Source of the DNA: an archaeon
Lineage (GTDB): Archaea > Aenigmatarchaeota > Aenigmatarchaeia > GW2011-AR5
Length of the DNA: 64,000 nt
Assembly: GCA_028279825.1 (NCBI GenBank)
Contig: JANQNA010000003.1
Coordinates: 114,266 to 178,265, forward strand
Reading direction: 5' to 3'
This document shows positions 18,007-26,373 of the stretch, piece after piece. Under the pieces are notes generated by a model. The model did no database searches and had not been told where the DNA came from. It was given only the letters and a program-made list of their open reading frames with translations. The translations under genes were made by a program, and so were the position numbers. How positions within the stretch are numbered: position 1 is the stretch's first letter; each line of letters opens with the position of its first letter.

Positions 18007-19488
18007 ATGAGTTCAAATATAGTATTCCGCTGTAAAACTTCTGATGATTTCAAAATATTTAAAAAAGAAGTGTCAGATGAGTTTGATATAGAAGACAAGG
18101 AAACCAAGGAAAGTTTTGTTTCTAACAGATTTATTCTTACAGGTTTGAAGATAACGATTACATACTATATGAGCGGTAAGGTAATGATACAGGGTAGTCC
18201 AGATATTGCTGAAATTGAAAAACTTGTTAATATCGCGAAAAGACGTTTTAAGTTTGATACACCCAGATTGTTCAAGAAGTCAATAAAAGATATATCAGAA
18301 ATCAACAAGAAATATTTTATTGGACTTGATGAGTCAGGTGTTGGAGAAACTTTTGGTTGTATGTACCTTGGTATTGCTATAATAAAAAAAGAAGATCTTC
18401 TCGAAGCCCATAAAATATTTCGGCCACAGGATGTAAAACAATTCGATGTAAAAACTGTAATAGACCTTAATATAAAATCGAATAAATTCTTTGAGAAAAA
18501 TCTTAAGAGATACAATGCAAGAGATATTGACACTTCGAACAAAATATTACTTCTTGACAGGGGGTATGAAGAGCTTCTGTTGAAATATAAAAACTTGATA
18601 CCCGATTCTTGTATTATTCTTGATGACTACGGAATTGGAACAGTTTTTAAAAACTTTATAAAGAAATGGGAAAAGGCAGGAGCGATATTCATATTACGTC
18701 ATAAGGCCGATAGTATTTATTTACCACCGATGGCAGCCTCTATTATTGCCAGGAAATCAAGAAATACAGAAATTAAGACGCTTACATCAAAATATTCAAT
18801 TATAGATCCAAAAACAGGGGAAAAGATAGAACTCACAACAGGTAGTCCGTCAAACCCATTAACAGAAAAATGGCTTATAGCATATCGTAGAGCCAATCCA
18901 TACTCAGATTTCCCATTTTTCGTAAGAAATAAATGGAAAAATGTACAGGAAATAGAAAAAAGGTTTCCGAAAAAAAGCATATCCCATGTCTTTAGCTGTC
19001 AAAAATGTGGAAATGGTCTTGGTAAAGTATACATAAGATATGACAAAATTAAGGACAGCACCGAGATTCAATGTCCGACTTGTGGTGAACAAGTTAATCC
19101 AATTTTCTTCAAAAAGAATTTCTCGTACGGAACAATAGTTATGGATACAAGTTCTCTAATAACAAGGATAGTATCAAAAGACTTACGAACAACAAAAATA
19201 TTTGAAAACATGAAATTTATTATACCTTCTTGTGTATATGAAGAGATTGACACAAAACAACCTGATAAAAAGAAAGGCGCTGAAAATGAAATAAGTTTTC
19301 TCAAAGAGTGTCAAACAAAAGGTATTATAGAGTTAGAGGATGTTGATGTAGATATATTATCTGGTTTATCAAAAGACAAGAAAATTATAGAAGTTGCGAG
19401 ACAACATAAAGCATCACTGATAACGTATGATAGAACTCAAAATTTATGGTCATCAATAAGATCTTTTGTATTTTATATAGTCAACTAA
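18007..19488 (+). CDS. Fusion: TBP-like (RNase HIII N-terminal) + RNase HII/HIII catalytic + Zn ribbon + PIN domain
   Basis: ITYYMSGKVMIQG; IGLDESGVGETFG, ILDDY, HKADS, AASIIAR; CQKC...CPTC; VMDTSSLI, VYEEI, DKKII, LITYDR. Confidence 0.85.
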   Translation: MSSNIVFRCKTSDDFKIFKKEVSDEFDIEDKETKESFVSNRFILTGLKITITYYMSGKVMIQGSPDIAEIEKLVNIAKRRFKFDTPRLFKKSIKDISEINKKYFIGLDESGVGETFGCMYLGIAIIKKEDLLEAHKIFRPQDVKQFDVKTVIDLNIKSNKFFEKNLKRYNARDIDTSNKILLLDRGYEELLLKYKNLIPDSCIILDDYGIGTVFKNFIKKWEKAGAIFILRHKADSIYLPPMAASIIARKSRNTEIKTLTSKYSIIDPKTGEKIELTTGSPSNPLTEKWLIAYRRANPYSDFPFFVRNKWKNVQEIEKRFPKKSISHVFSCQKCGNGLGKVYIRYDKIKDSTEIQCPTCGEQVNPIFFKKNFSYGTIVMDTSSLITRIVSKDLRTTKIFENMKFIIPSCVYEEIDTKQPDKKKGAENEISFLKECQTKGIIELEDVDVDILSGLSKDKKIIEVARQHKASLITYDRTQNLWSSIRSFVFYIVN

Positions 19489-20696
19489 TTAGAATCAGTT
19501 TTAATATTCTTCTTATACTCCCTTAATATTTCTTTATCGGTCTTTGTAAGTAACTCTGGGGCTTTTGCCAAAATGTTCTGAAGGAGAGTGTTGACATTTA
19601 TTGCAGTTTCCAATGAAAGTATTGAACCACACGAGTTGCAGAACTTGGATCCAGGACTATTTCTCTGTTTACATGTTCTGCATACTTGTATTGTTGTTTT
19701 CACTTGATACTTATTTTCAATATCAATACCGTTCATGCGTTTTATTGCGTCTTCTGTATCGCGCGCAGACATATGAACATATACACTTGGCATGTCTGAT
19801 CCACCTGACCATCCATAATAGGTCTTCATCTGCGCCTCTGTTAGGAATTTAGCAGCTCTTGTGGCGGAGCTGTGCCTGAATAGGTGTGGATGAATACGTT
19901 TCTTGATACCAGCTCTCGTGGCAAGTAATTTTAACACCTTATTCGCACCAGCATATGTAAGCTGGTCATATCCTCTGTTACCTTCTATCCTGTTGTGTTT
20001 TGTAAGGAAAAGGAAACTATCGGGATTGCTCTTTTTAGGATGAATATCCAAATACGTTGCCAATATTGGAACACTTGCTATAATCGTAACACGTCTCATG
20101 CCTGTTTTACCATTCAGCATAACAAATCCAATGTTATCTTGGAATACTATGTGCTTTATTTTGGTGTTTAGAATTTCTCCTATACGCGCACCTGATTCGT
20201 ATAACAATAAGGTAAATGCCTTGTCCCTTGGGTTATCCGCAGCCTCTAACATCTTTTCAAGTTCTTCTTCTGTTATTAGATCATCAGGGAGTTTGTTATT
20301 AGATTTCTTTTCTGTTGTTTCAATCCAGGAGACAACACCTGGGTAGTGACCCTTTTCTTCTATATTAAAGAGCCACTTATAGAATTTCTTCAATGCAATG
20401 TTGTGATTATTCTTTGTTTTACTTGTCCATTTTTGTGATTCAATCAGACTCTTTAACTTGACTATATCACTTTTCTGTGCTGCAGTAAATTTCTTCTTTA
20501 GATGAGATGCAATAAACCATATAGAATAAAGATCTTTTGTTATTGTAGCTGGTTTCAACCCACGCGCCTTGCACAATTCAGTAAATTCTGCTATTTTCTT
20601 TCTGTTGAATGAAGATATAGTTTTGTCAGTTTGGATTTTCTTTTCTATGTGTTTCAATCGTTCGTCAAACTTGTGTATATCTCTGGTCTCGTCCAT
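19485..20696 (-). CDS. int: Tyrosine recombinase/integrase with C-terminal zinc ribbon
   Basis: LYESGARIGE, GKTGMR, HPHLFRHS, YGW...VYVH; C-terminal CRTC...CNSC. Confidence 0.95.
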   Translation of the reverse strand: MDETRDIHKFDERLKHIEKKIQTDKTISSFNRKKIAEFTELCKARGLKPATITKDLYSIWFIASHLKKKFTAAQKSDIVKLKSLIESQKWTSKTKNNHNIALKKFYKWLFNIEEKGHYPGVVSWIETTEKKSNNKLPDDLITEEELEKMLEAADNPRDKAFTLLLYESGARIGEILNTKIKHIVFQDNIGFVMLNGKTGMRRVTIIASVPILATYLDIHPKKSNPDSFLFLTKHNRIEGNRGYDQLTYAGANKVLKLLATRAGIKKRIHPHLFRHSSATRAAKFLTEAQMKTYYGWSGGSDMPSVYVHMSARDTEDAIKRMNGIDIENKYQVKTTIQVCRTCKQRNSPGSKFCNSCGSILSLETAINVNTLLQNILAKAPELLTKTDKEILREYKKNIKTDSN

Positions 20697-20743
20697 ATTT
20701 CATATTTATGGGGCGTTATATATAAACTTCACCTGAGGTTAAA

Positions 20744-20855
20744 TGGGTCCAGCAGGAATCGAACCTGCAGTCTCATCCACGTCAAGGACACGTCATACCA
20801 TTTTCCCAACCTTCCGCTTTTAAAGTCATGGAAAGGTTGTCTAGACCATGGACCC
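20744..20855 (-). tRNA. tRNA-Val(GAC) with ~40-nt non-canonical D-loop intron (~20801..20840); integration target
   Basis: Acceptor GGGTCCA/TGGACCC+A; GGTCTAG^TGGTATGAC after intron removal; anticodon loop TTGACGT; T-arm GCAGGTTCGATTCCTGC. Confidence 0.88.
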
Positions 20856-20916
20856 ACTGGTGTATGAAGTACCGGAGATACTTCTGTCTTATCTTCTGTT
20901 TTCTAGAAAAGCTTTT

Positions 20917-21138
20917 TTAAAGCAAACTGTCGAAATAGTCTTCTCCGTCGTCCGTTATTTTATATAAAACTTTTCCGTCACCGCTGTAGTTCCTGCACCT
21001 TCTCACCATATCTTCACGTAATAAAGAATTAAAGGCTCTTCGATAATCACGTAACAAGCTAAAATCATCCTGACAGATTGCACGCCTAAATCTTAAATTC
21101 CCTAATATAACAAACTTGGTCCCTGACAATGCACTCAT
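20917..21138 (-). CDS. Small winged-helix-like protein
   Basis: LLREDMV...YKITDDGEDY wing motif. Confidence 0.5.
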   Translation of the reverse strand: MSALSGTKFVILGNLRFRRAICQDDFSLLRDYRRAFNSLLREDMVRRCRNYSGDGKVLYKITDDGEDYFDSLL

Positions 21139-21158
21139 AGAATGGAAGTATGAGAAAT

Positions 21159-21485
21159 CTATTTAATTGATATTTTCTCGCCTTTTTTGAAGTCAGCCAG
21201 ACCTTTTTTTACTTCCAGAGTATACTTTGCCTCTTTGTTTCTGTAGCCTTTCCAGCTTCTTGGGTGGAGAAAATGTCTGGCCGTCTGTTTCTCGAGAACA
21301 ACGAAGTTATTATCCAGAAAGTACAGATCAAGCGTTCTGCATAGAAACGTGCCTATATTGTTCGTATAGACCAATGCGCCGTCCAAAGTTATCAATGGAT
21401 GTAGAGTCAGGCCAAATATAGACTTAACTCCTTTACAGTCCCTGACGCGAAGCGTCTTACCCCTGTGCTTCAGTATCATTTCCAC
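21159..21485 (-). CDS. DUF192-like protein
   Basis: LDLYFLD, AKYTLEV and C-terminal GEKI pattern. Confidence 0.6.
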   Translation of the reverse strand: MEMILKHRGKTLRVRDCKGVKSIFGLTLHPLITLDGALVYTNNIGTFLCRTLDLYFLDNNFVVLEKQTARHFLHPRSWKGYRNKEAKYTLEVKKGLADFKKGEKISIK

Positions 21486-21990
21486 GCCTCGCGAACTTCA
21501 AAAGATCTTCCCCTTTATACTGTCCAGCATAGCCGGATGTTTCGTTATCCAGCCTGAAGAAAACCATCTGACCAAGTTTGGCGTTCCTGTATATCCTGAC
21601 AGGCCTTGATACTTCAGCATGGAAAAACGATCTTCCTTCGTAGCCAGGATCCCAGACCGCTGTATGTTCAACAATTCCGCATACCAGCGCAGAAGATCTT
21701 GGAAGAATCAAAGCAGCTATGTTTTTTGGAAGGATTATGGTCTCGTTCATAGAAATATGATACACGCCTGGTTTCAGATTCCAGTGGTCACCCTGAATAG
21801 GAATTTCCACATACTTAGGAAGTTTACGTTTTTCGTTAGAAAAATCAAGTACTCCTTCCCCTTCCATTGTGAAAACTTTCGCGGCTGTCAGATCTATTCC
21901 ACATTGTTGTATCTGTTTTTCAGGGTCAATCATGTCTTTTACAAGCAGCCCCTTTGATACGTAACTTCGTATATCTTTGTCAGTTAACAT
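21457..21990 (-). CDS. Trimeric dUTPase / dCTP deaminase family protein
   Basis: QQCGIDL, PRSS, AVWDPGYEGR, GQMVF and Y.GQY.GE motifs. Confidence 0.9.
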   Translation of the reverse strand: MLTDKDIRSYVSKGLLVKDMIDPEKQIQQCGIDLTAAKVFTMEGEGVLDFSNEKRKLPKYVEIPIQGDHWNLKPGVYHISMNETIILPKNIAALILPRSSALVCGIVEHTAVWDPGYEGRSFFHAEVSRPVRIYRNAKLGQMVFFRLDNETSGYAGQYKGEDLLKFARRGNDTEAQG

Positions 21991-22006
21991 AGCTAGAGTT
22001 GTTATC

Positions 22007-22375
22007 TTATTTTTTAAAAAGCTTCTTTATCCTCTGTTTAAAGAGCTCTTTTCTGTGAGAAAGAATCTGCCCTGTTGTAATCCTGCCCGTCTTGTAAGAA
22101 TGCAGATATTTTGATCCGCATCTTATACAAAATTCCGCCTTTTCAGTTATGAAGTTTTTATGGCAGGAAGAGCACACGTAGGTGTAAAGCACATTTGGTG
22201 TTGCTTTGTCACCCCTTTCCACTTCCTTTACAGGGCCTTTACAGAAGATACATTCTTCTACAGGCGTGAACGTATCAAACCCGTGTGCACATTTCTGGCA
22301 TATGTACATATGCTTCAGTCTTTTACGATAGTTATGATAGTCTAAAAGCTCACTTGGGGGAAGTCTGTCCAACAT
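22007..22375 (-). CDS. Double zinc-ribbon protein
   Basis: Four CxxC motifs. Confidence 0.7.
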   Translation of the reverse strand: MLDRLPPSELLDYHNYRKRLKHMYICQKCAHGFDTFTPVEECIFCKGPVKEVERGDKATPNVLYTYVCSSCHKNFITEKAEFCIRCGSKYLHSYKTGRITTGQILSHRKELFKQRIKKLFKK

Positions 22376-22379
22376 ATAA

Positions 22380-22673
22380 TCACCCTAGAATATTACCAAA
22401 ACCCTCTATTGCCGAGTTCTCCTGTTCGTCTATTTTCTTAAGCACCTTGTCTTTGTCTTTGTATACTTCAGCTAGGTCCTTCAAAAGCTCTTTAGCTTTA
22501 GGCATCTTCTCTTCAGGAACATCAACTATGATAAAATAACAATCCTCATCTATATCCAGCGAAGCTGCACTCTTTACAATTATACTCCCTCTGTTTACTT
22601 CTTCATCCCGCTTCAGCACGTCTTCTGCTTTCATCTTTTTTTCATTGTCAACTTTGAATACTTCACGCATCAT
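22380..22673 (-). CDS. Archaeal hypothetical protein
   Basis: Acidic protein ending EQENSAIEGFGNILG. Confidence 0.7.
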   Translation of the reverse strand: MMREVFKVDNEKKMKAEDVLKRDEEVNRGSIIVKSAASLDIDEDCYFIIVDVPEEKMPKAKELLKDLAEVYKDKDKVLKKIDEQENSAIEGFGNILG

Positions 22674-22725
22674 TTTATTTCGACAGAAACCTTTTAATCC
22701 TCAAAGATTGTAGCAGATATTACAC

Positions 22726-22798
22726 GCCTCGATAGCTCAGCCGGTAGAGCATCTGTTTCGTAAACAGAAGGTCGGGAGTTCGATCCTCTCTCGAGGCT
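22726..22798 (+). tRNA. tRNA-Thr(CGT)
   Basis: GCCTCGA/TCGAGGC+T; anticodon arm TCTGT-TTCGTAA-ACAGA; GGGAGTTCGATCCTCTC. Confidence 0.95.
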
Positions 22799-22800
22799 CT

Positions 22801-23430
22801 ATGGATGATAAAGAACTTTTCGAGAAAGTGTATGAGAAGCCGGATGCAGTCTGGACAGAGCAAGATCCACCAGAAGAGCTAGTCAAATTAGTCGAAAGTG
22901 GAAAAATCAAACCATGTAGAGTTCTTGATGTTGGCTGTGGCGAGGGATTTTATTCTATTTATCTTGCTTCCAAGGGTTTCGATGTTGTAGGTGTAGATCT
23001 TTCAGAAAAGGCTATTGAATACGCGAAGCAAAATGCAAAAAAAGCTGGAGTAAACATCAAGTTTTTGGCAATGGGCATCCTGGACCTGAAGGAAGAGAAG
23101 TTTGATTTTGTTTTTGAATGGTCAATAATGCATCACATGGAACCTTCTAGAAGATCAAAATATGTGGAAAACATTGCCAGAGTACTAAATAAAGGCGGAA
23201 AGTACTTATCTGTTTCTTTTAATGTCAAAAGCCCTGAATTCGGCAAACCTGGTGCTGGAGTCAGGGAAGTCCCTCCGGGATCAAGGGCCTTGGTCGGGGC
23301 AAAACTTTACTTTTCGTCTCTCGAAGAACTAAGAGAGTTGTTCAAATCTTTCAGGATACTTGAATCAAAGATAATTCACTTTAACGTAAAAAAGCCACAT
23401 ATAGGAAACTATTTTCTTTTAGAAGCTTAA
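22801..23430 (+). CDS. Class I SAM-dependent methyltransferase
   Basis: VLDVGCGEG, GVDLS and FDFV motifs. Confidence 0.9.
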   Translation: MDDKELFEKVYEKPDAVWTEQDPPEELVKLVESGKIKPCRVLDVGCGEGFYSIYLASKGFDVVGVDLSEKAIEYAKQNAKKAGVNIKFLAMGILDLKEEKFDFVFEWSIMHHMEPSRRSKYVENIARVLNKGGKYLSVSFNVKSPEFGKPGAGVREVPPGSRALVGAKLYFSSLEELRELFKSFRILESKIIHFNVKKPHIGNYFLLEA

Positions 23431-23669
23431 TCTCTTCTTGCGTACTTGTCGTCTTCCTTTTTCATCGACCAGAACGGCACTTCCGCTTTTTTGCGCTCTT
23501 TCTTGTCGTAAAGAATGAGCACGGAGATTATTATGGCTGCGGAAAGGGGCCCGAATATGCCGTATATCAGAACTATTGGCACTTGCTGCTGGAAGAACCC
23601 GTTTAGATAAACAGTCAGGAAAACAGCAACGAAGAAACCAACACCAATACCGTTCAGAATAATACCCAT
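23427..23669 (-). CDS. Small membrane protein
   Basis: Two TM helices. Confidence 0.6.
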   Translation of the reverse strand: MGIILNGIGVGFFVAVFLTVYLNGFFQQQVPIVLIYGIFGPLSAAIIISVLILYDKKERKKAEVPFWSMKKEDDKYARRD

Positions 23670-23703
23670 ATGAAATTATTAGAACAAACCCTATATATTA
23701 TTT

Positions 23704-23982
23704 TTATTTGCCCTTTAACATCTTTAATCCTGTTTTTATGCATATTGCAGAAGCAAGAATAACGGCAATTATCCATATCCATGCCATTGTCAGAATTGTT
23801 CCAACAGATTTTGCAGATTCCTGCAATCCGGACAAATCAGTCCCTGCCGGTAACTCAGCTGCTGCAGGCGCAGATAGAAATTCAAGAGCTGCCCCTATAG
23901 AAATATTAACATAAGCACCAACCAGCGCGCCGATTAACGCAACCACGCCAACAATTATGTACAGGATTCCAAACTGGTTCAT
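23704..23982 (-). CDS. Small membrane protein
   Basis: Two TM helices. Confidence 0.65.
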   Translation of the reverse strand: MNQFGILYIIVGVVALIGALVGAYVNISIGAALEFLSAPAAAELPAGTDLSGLQESAKSVGTILTMAWIWIIAVILASAICIKTGLKMLKGK

Positions 23983-23984
23983 AT

Positions 23985-24566
23985 TTACACCGGAGCTATT
24001 GTTGCTATGTTTGTTAACATTGACAATCCCACAGATGCATAAGTTGCAAGCAGCAATGTAAGGATTGTAACGGAAACTGCAACAAATGAAGTTATCATAT
24101 CTGTCTTATACAACTCTTTTATCCCTCTATACAGCATGCTCAAACCAAGAGCAAAACCAAGTGCGAGTATAATCAGCTGAATTCCGCCTGTGAAAGGAGC
24201 CAGAGACGCTATTGCTGATACAAACACGGCCAGTCCTATCGGTAGCATTGAATAGCTGACAACAGTCAGACCTTCAAAGAACTTACCTTTCCCGCCAAGT
24301 GTTGTAACAACAACGTTTACTATTACTGATAAAAGCAGAAGGCCGATAAATAGTGCCGCAAATACGGAAGCTATTGAGCCCAAAAGAAACACCTCTGAAA
24401 GACCTGAACCTGCAACAACAATTCCGCTTGCCAGAGCAAACAGTACAGATGTTTCTATAAGCGTAAGAACTGATTTTCTGAGATTCTTGACCCTTTTGGC
24501 ATCACTCAGGCTTTTTACAGGGTTCTTTATTATATCAAGACACAAAAGGCTACACCCTGCAAACAA
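23985..24566 (-). CDS. Yip1-domain membrane protein
   Basis: IIKNP start, LGGKGKF, YSMLP; five TM helices. Confidence 0.75.
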   Translation of the reverse strand: MFAGCSLLCLDIIKNPVKSLSDAKRVKNLRKSVLTLIETSVLFALASGIVVAGSGLSEVFLLGSIASVFAALFIGLLLLSVIVNVVVTTLGGKGKFFEGLTVVSYSMLPIGLAVFVSAIASLAPFTGGIQLIILALGFALGLSMLYRGIKELYKTDMITSFVAVSVTILTLLLATYASVGLSMLTNIATIAPV

Positions 24567-24610
24567 TTGATTTTCTGTGTTTTTAAAGGTTCTGTGTTAA
24601 TGGGTTTCCT

Positions 24611-25048
24611 ATGGAAACCAAGAAAGAAGAGATAGACAAGAAGCGAAAAGAAAAGTGGTTTGAGCTGATGTTCACCATAGAGGCATTAGCCGTCAAAAAG
24701 GAAATAGTTGAAAAATCACTAAAGACGCATATAGAGAAACTTGGCAATATTAAAGACGTTTTCGTATATGAGACTGAATATATGGACACTGTAAAGGTGG
24801 AGAAGCCTCTGAAAAACGTGGAAGAGGCCTATTCTGCCGTCGTAAAACTAAAACTGTTCATACGTAATTTACCCACACTGATACAGATTGTAATGGTCTA
24901 TGGTCCATCTTCTATAGAAGTTTTCGGGCCGGAAAGAACAGAATTGAGCCTTTCGGAAACACAGGATATAACAAACCTATTGGCCGGAATTGTACACCAA
25001 TTTGCGGCAGCAGGTGCAGGCGGCATAGTCATAACTCCTGCGAAATAG
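24611..25048 (+). CDS. Conserved archaeal hypothetical protein
   Basis: YGPSSIEV..P motif. Confidence 0.7.
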   Translation: METKKEEIDKKRKEKWFELMFTIEALAVKKEIVEKSLKTHIEKLGNIKDVFVYETEYMDTVKVEKPLKNVEEAYSAVVKLKLFIRNLPTLIQIVMVYGPSSIEVFGPERTELSLSETQDITNLLAGIVHQFAAAGAGGIVITPAK

Positions 25049-25136
25049 ACTATACAGAATATCCTCCTGTATAACACAATACACGACCCGTATCATGAGT
25101 ATTGTGTTTATATGCGTATTTTAACTATAATAGAAT

Positions 25137-26063
25137 ATGAGATTCTATTTTCTAGTAGCCGTACTCTTCCTGTTATCGCTGACCCCGTCATATGCAGCGT
25201 TGGAAGAGTGGGATGTAGATGTATCCGTGAATACTGACGGATCCAATGACTGGATCATTAAATTAACCTACAACGAGTCTGTGGCAAAGAGTGACTATTT
25301 TGTGCTTTCTAGAATATTCCGTGTAGAAGTGTTAGCCAATAATCAGACCATCCTATGTGACGTAACTGAAGATATTGGAACATCTATTGTCTGTGACGAT
25401 ATTCACGCGTCTGAAGTTATCTATAAATTCCACACAAAAGATTTCGTAGATAACATACGAGACCTGAAAATGTTCCGGTATCCTTTCTCAGTCACACAGG
25501 TTGTCGGCAAAATGAATATAGCCCTGGAATTGCCGTTAGGTACGGCTCTTGTGGAAGAATCGCAATTAACAGGTACCGGACTAAAACCGTTTGATCCTAA
25601 CTTCGGAAGACAGGGCAGCGACGGACGCAGGATATTCATAGAATGGGAATTCGATAAACCTACCCTAGGGCAGACAATCAACATATCTGCAATATATGAG
25701 ATATTAGGGGGTTTTGACCCGTTTACGCTGTTTTTCGTGATCCTGGCACTTATTGTAATAGCATTCCTGACCATTCTATGGTATTATTCCAAGAGACACA
25801 ATGTGAAAAATATCCTGCCTGTTCTAACCGAGGGCGAACGCAAGGTAATGGAGATACTGCTTCGTGAAAAAGGCACTGTTGACCAAAGAGTTATTGTAAA
25901 AGAAACTGACTTCTCCAAAGCAAAAGTAACAAGAGTTATTAACGATCTGGAAAAGAGAGGTATTGTTGAGAAGGTATCTAAAGGGCGTAAGAACCTCATA
26001 AAGCTGAAGAAAGAGGTAAAACAGCTAAAACAGCAAAATGAAAAACAGGAAAAGGATAAATAA
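25137..26063 (+). CDS. Membrane-anchored protein with C-terminal winged HTH (COG2512-like)
   Basis: Signal peptide, TM, then LTEGERKV...Q..IVKETDFSKAKVTRVI..LEKRG. Confidence 0.82.
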   Translation: MRFYFLVAVLFLLSLTPSYAALEEWDVDVSVNTDGSNDWIIKLTYNESVAKSDYFVLSRIFRVEVLANNQTILCDVTEDIGTSIVCDDIHASEVIYKFHTKDFVDNIRDLKMFRYPFSVTQVVGKMNIALELPLGTALVEESQLTGTGLKPFDPNFGRQGSDGRRIFIEWEFDKPTLGQTINISAIYEILGGFDPFTLFFVILALIVIAFLTILWYYSKRHNVKNILPVLTEGERKVMEILLREKGTVDQRVIVKETDFSKAKVTRVINDLEKRGIVEKVSKGRKNLIKLKKEVKQLKQQNEKQEKDK

Positions 26064-26373
26064 GATTTAACAAGCTAAAACGCCTAAATATTAGCTTTGG
26101 AACATTTTCTAAAGATATATAAGTTTTGTAAACTTTTAAAATAGTACAGTTCTAGTATACAAATAGAGCGTGAAACTGTTTCGCGTCACTATTATATATA
26201 TAGGCGGTTCATATAATGTGTATGAAATTTGGCCGACATATGACTATGTTTGCCTGTTTCATATAGGATATTCAAACCATACATCTCCCGGATGTACATG
26301 GTTTGATCCGGAACAAACCAGAACTGTCCAATATAACAATATTGGACTTGTAAAAACATATACAGGAGGTTGC

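Larger units (their letters stand above)
9231..20765. mobile_element. tRNA-Val-integrated element (~11.5 kb; provirus- or plasmid-like genomic island)
   Basis: Tyrosine integrase next to the tRNA-Val 3' end; direct repeat ATGGGTCCAGCA at 9231 and 20743, extending to 19/23 matches; visibly AT-richer than the flanks. Confidence 0.85.

Noticed and set aside
20631-20867. 78-aa plus-strand ORF
   Set aside because: It is antisense to tRNA-Val and the integrase start, so a shadow ORF.
26170-26373. 68-aa N-terminal extension of the S-layer ORF
   Set aside because: The GGAGG RBS and signal peptide point to ATG 26374; the upstream sequence looks like a promoter/leader.
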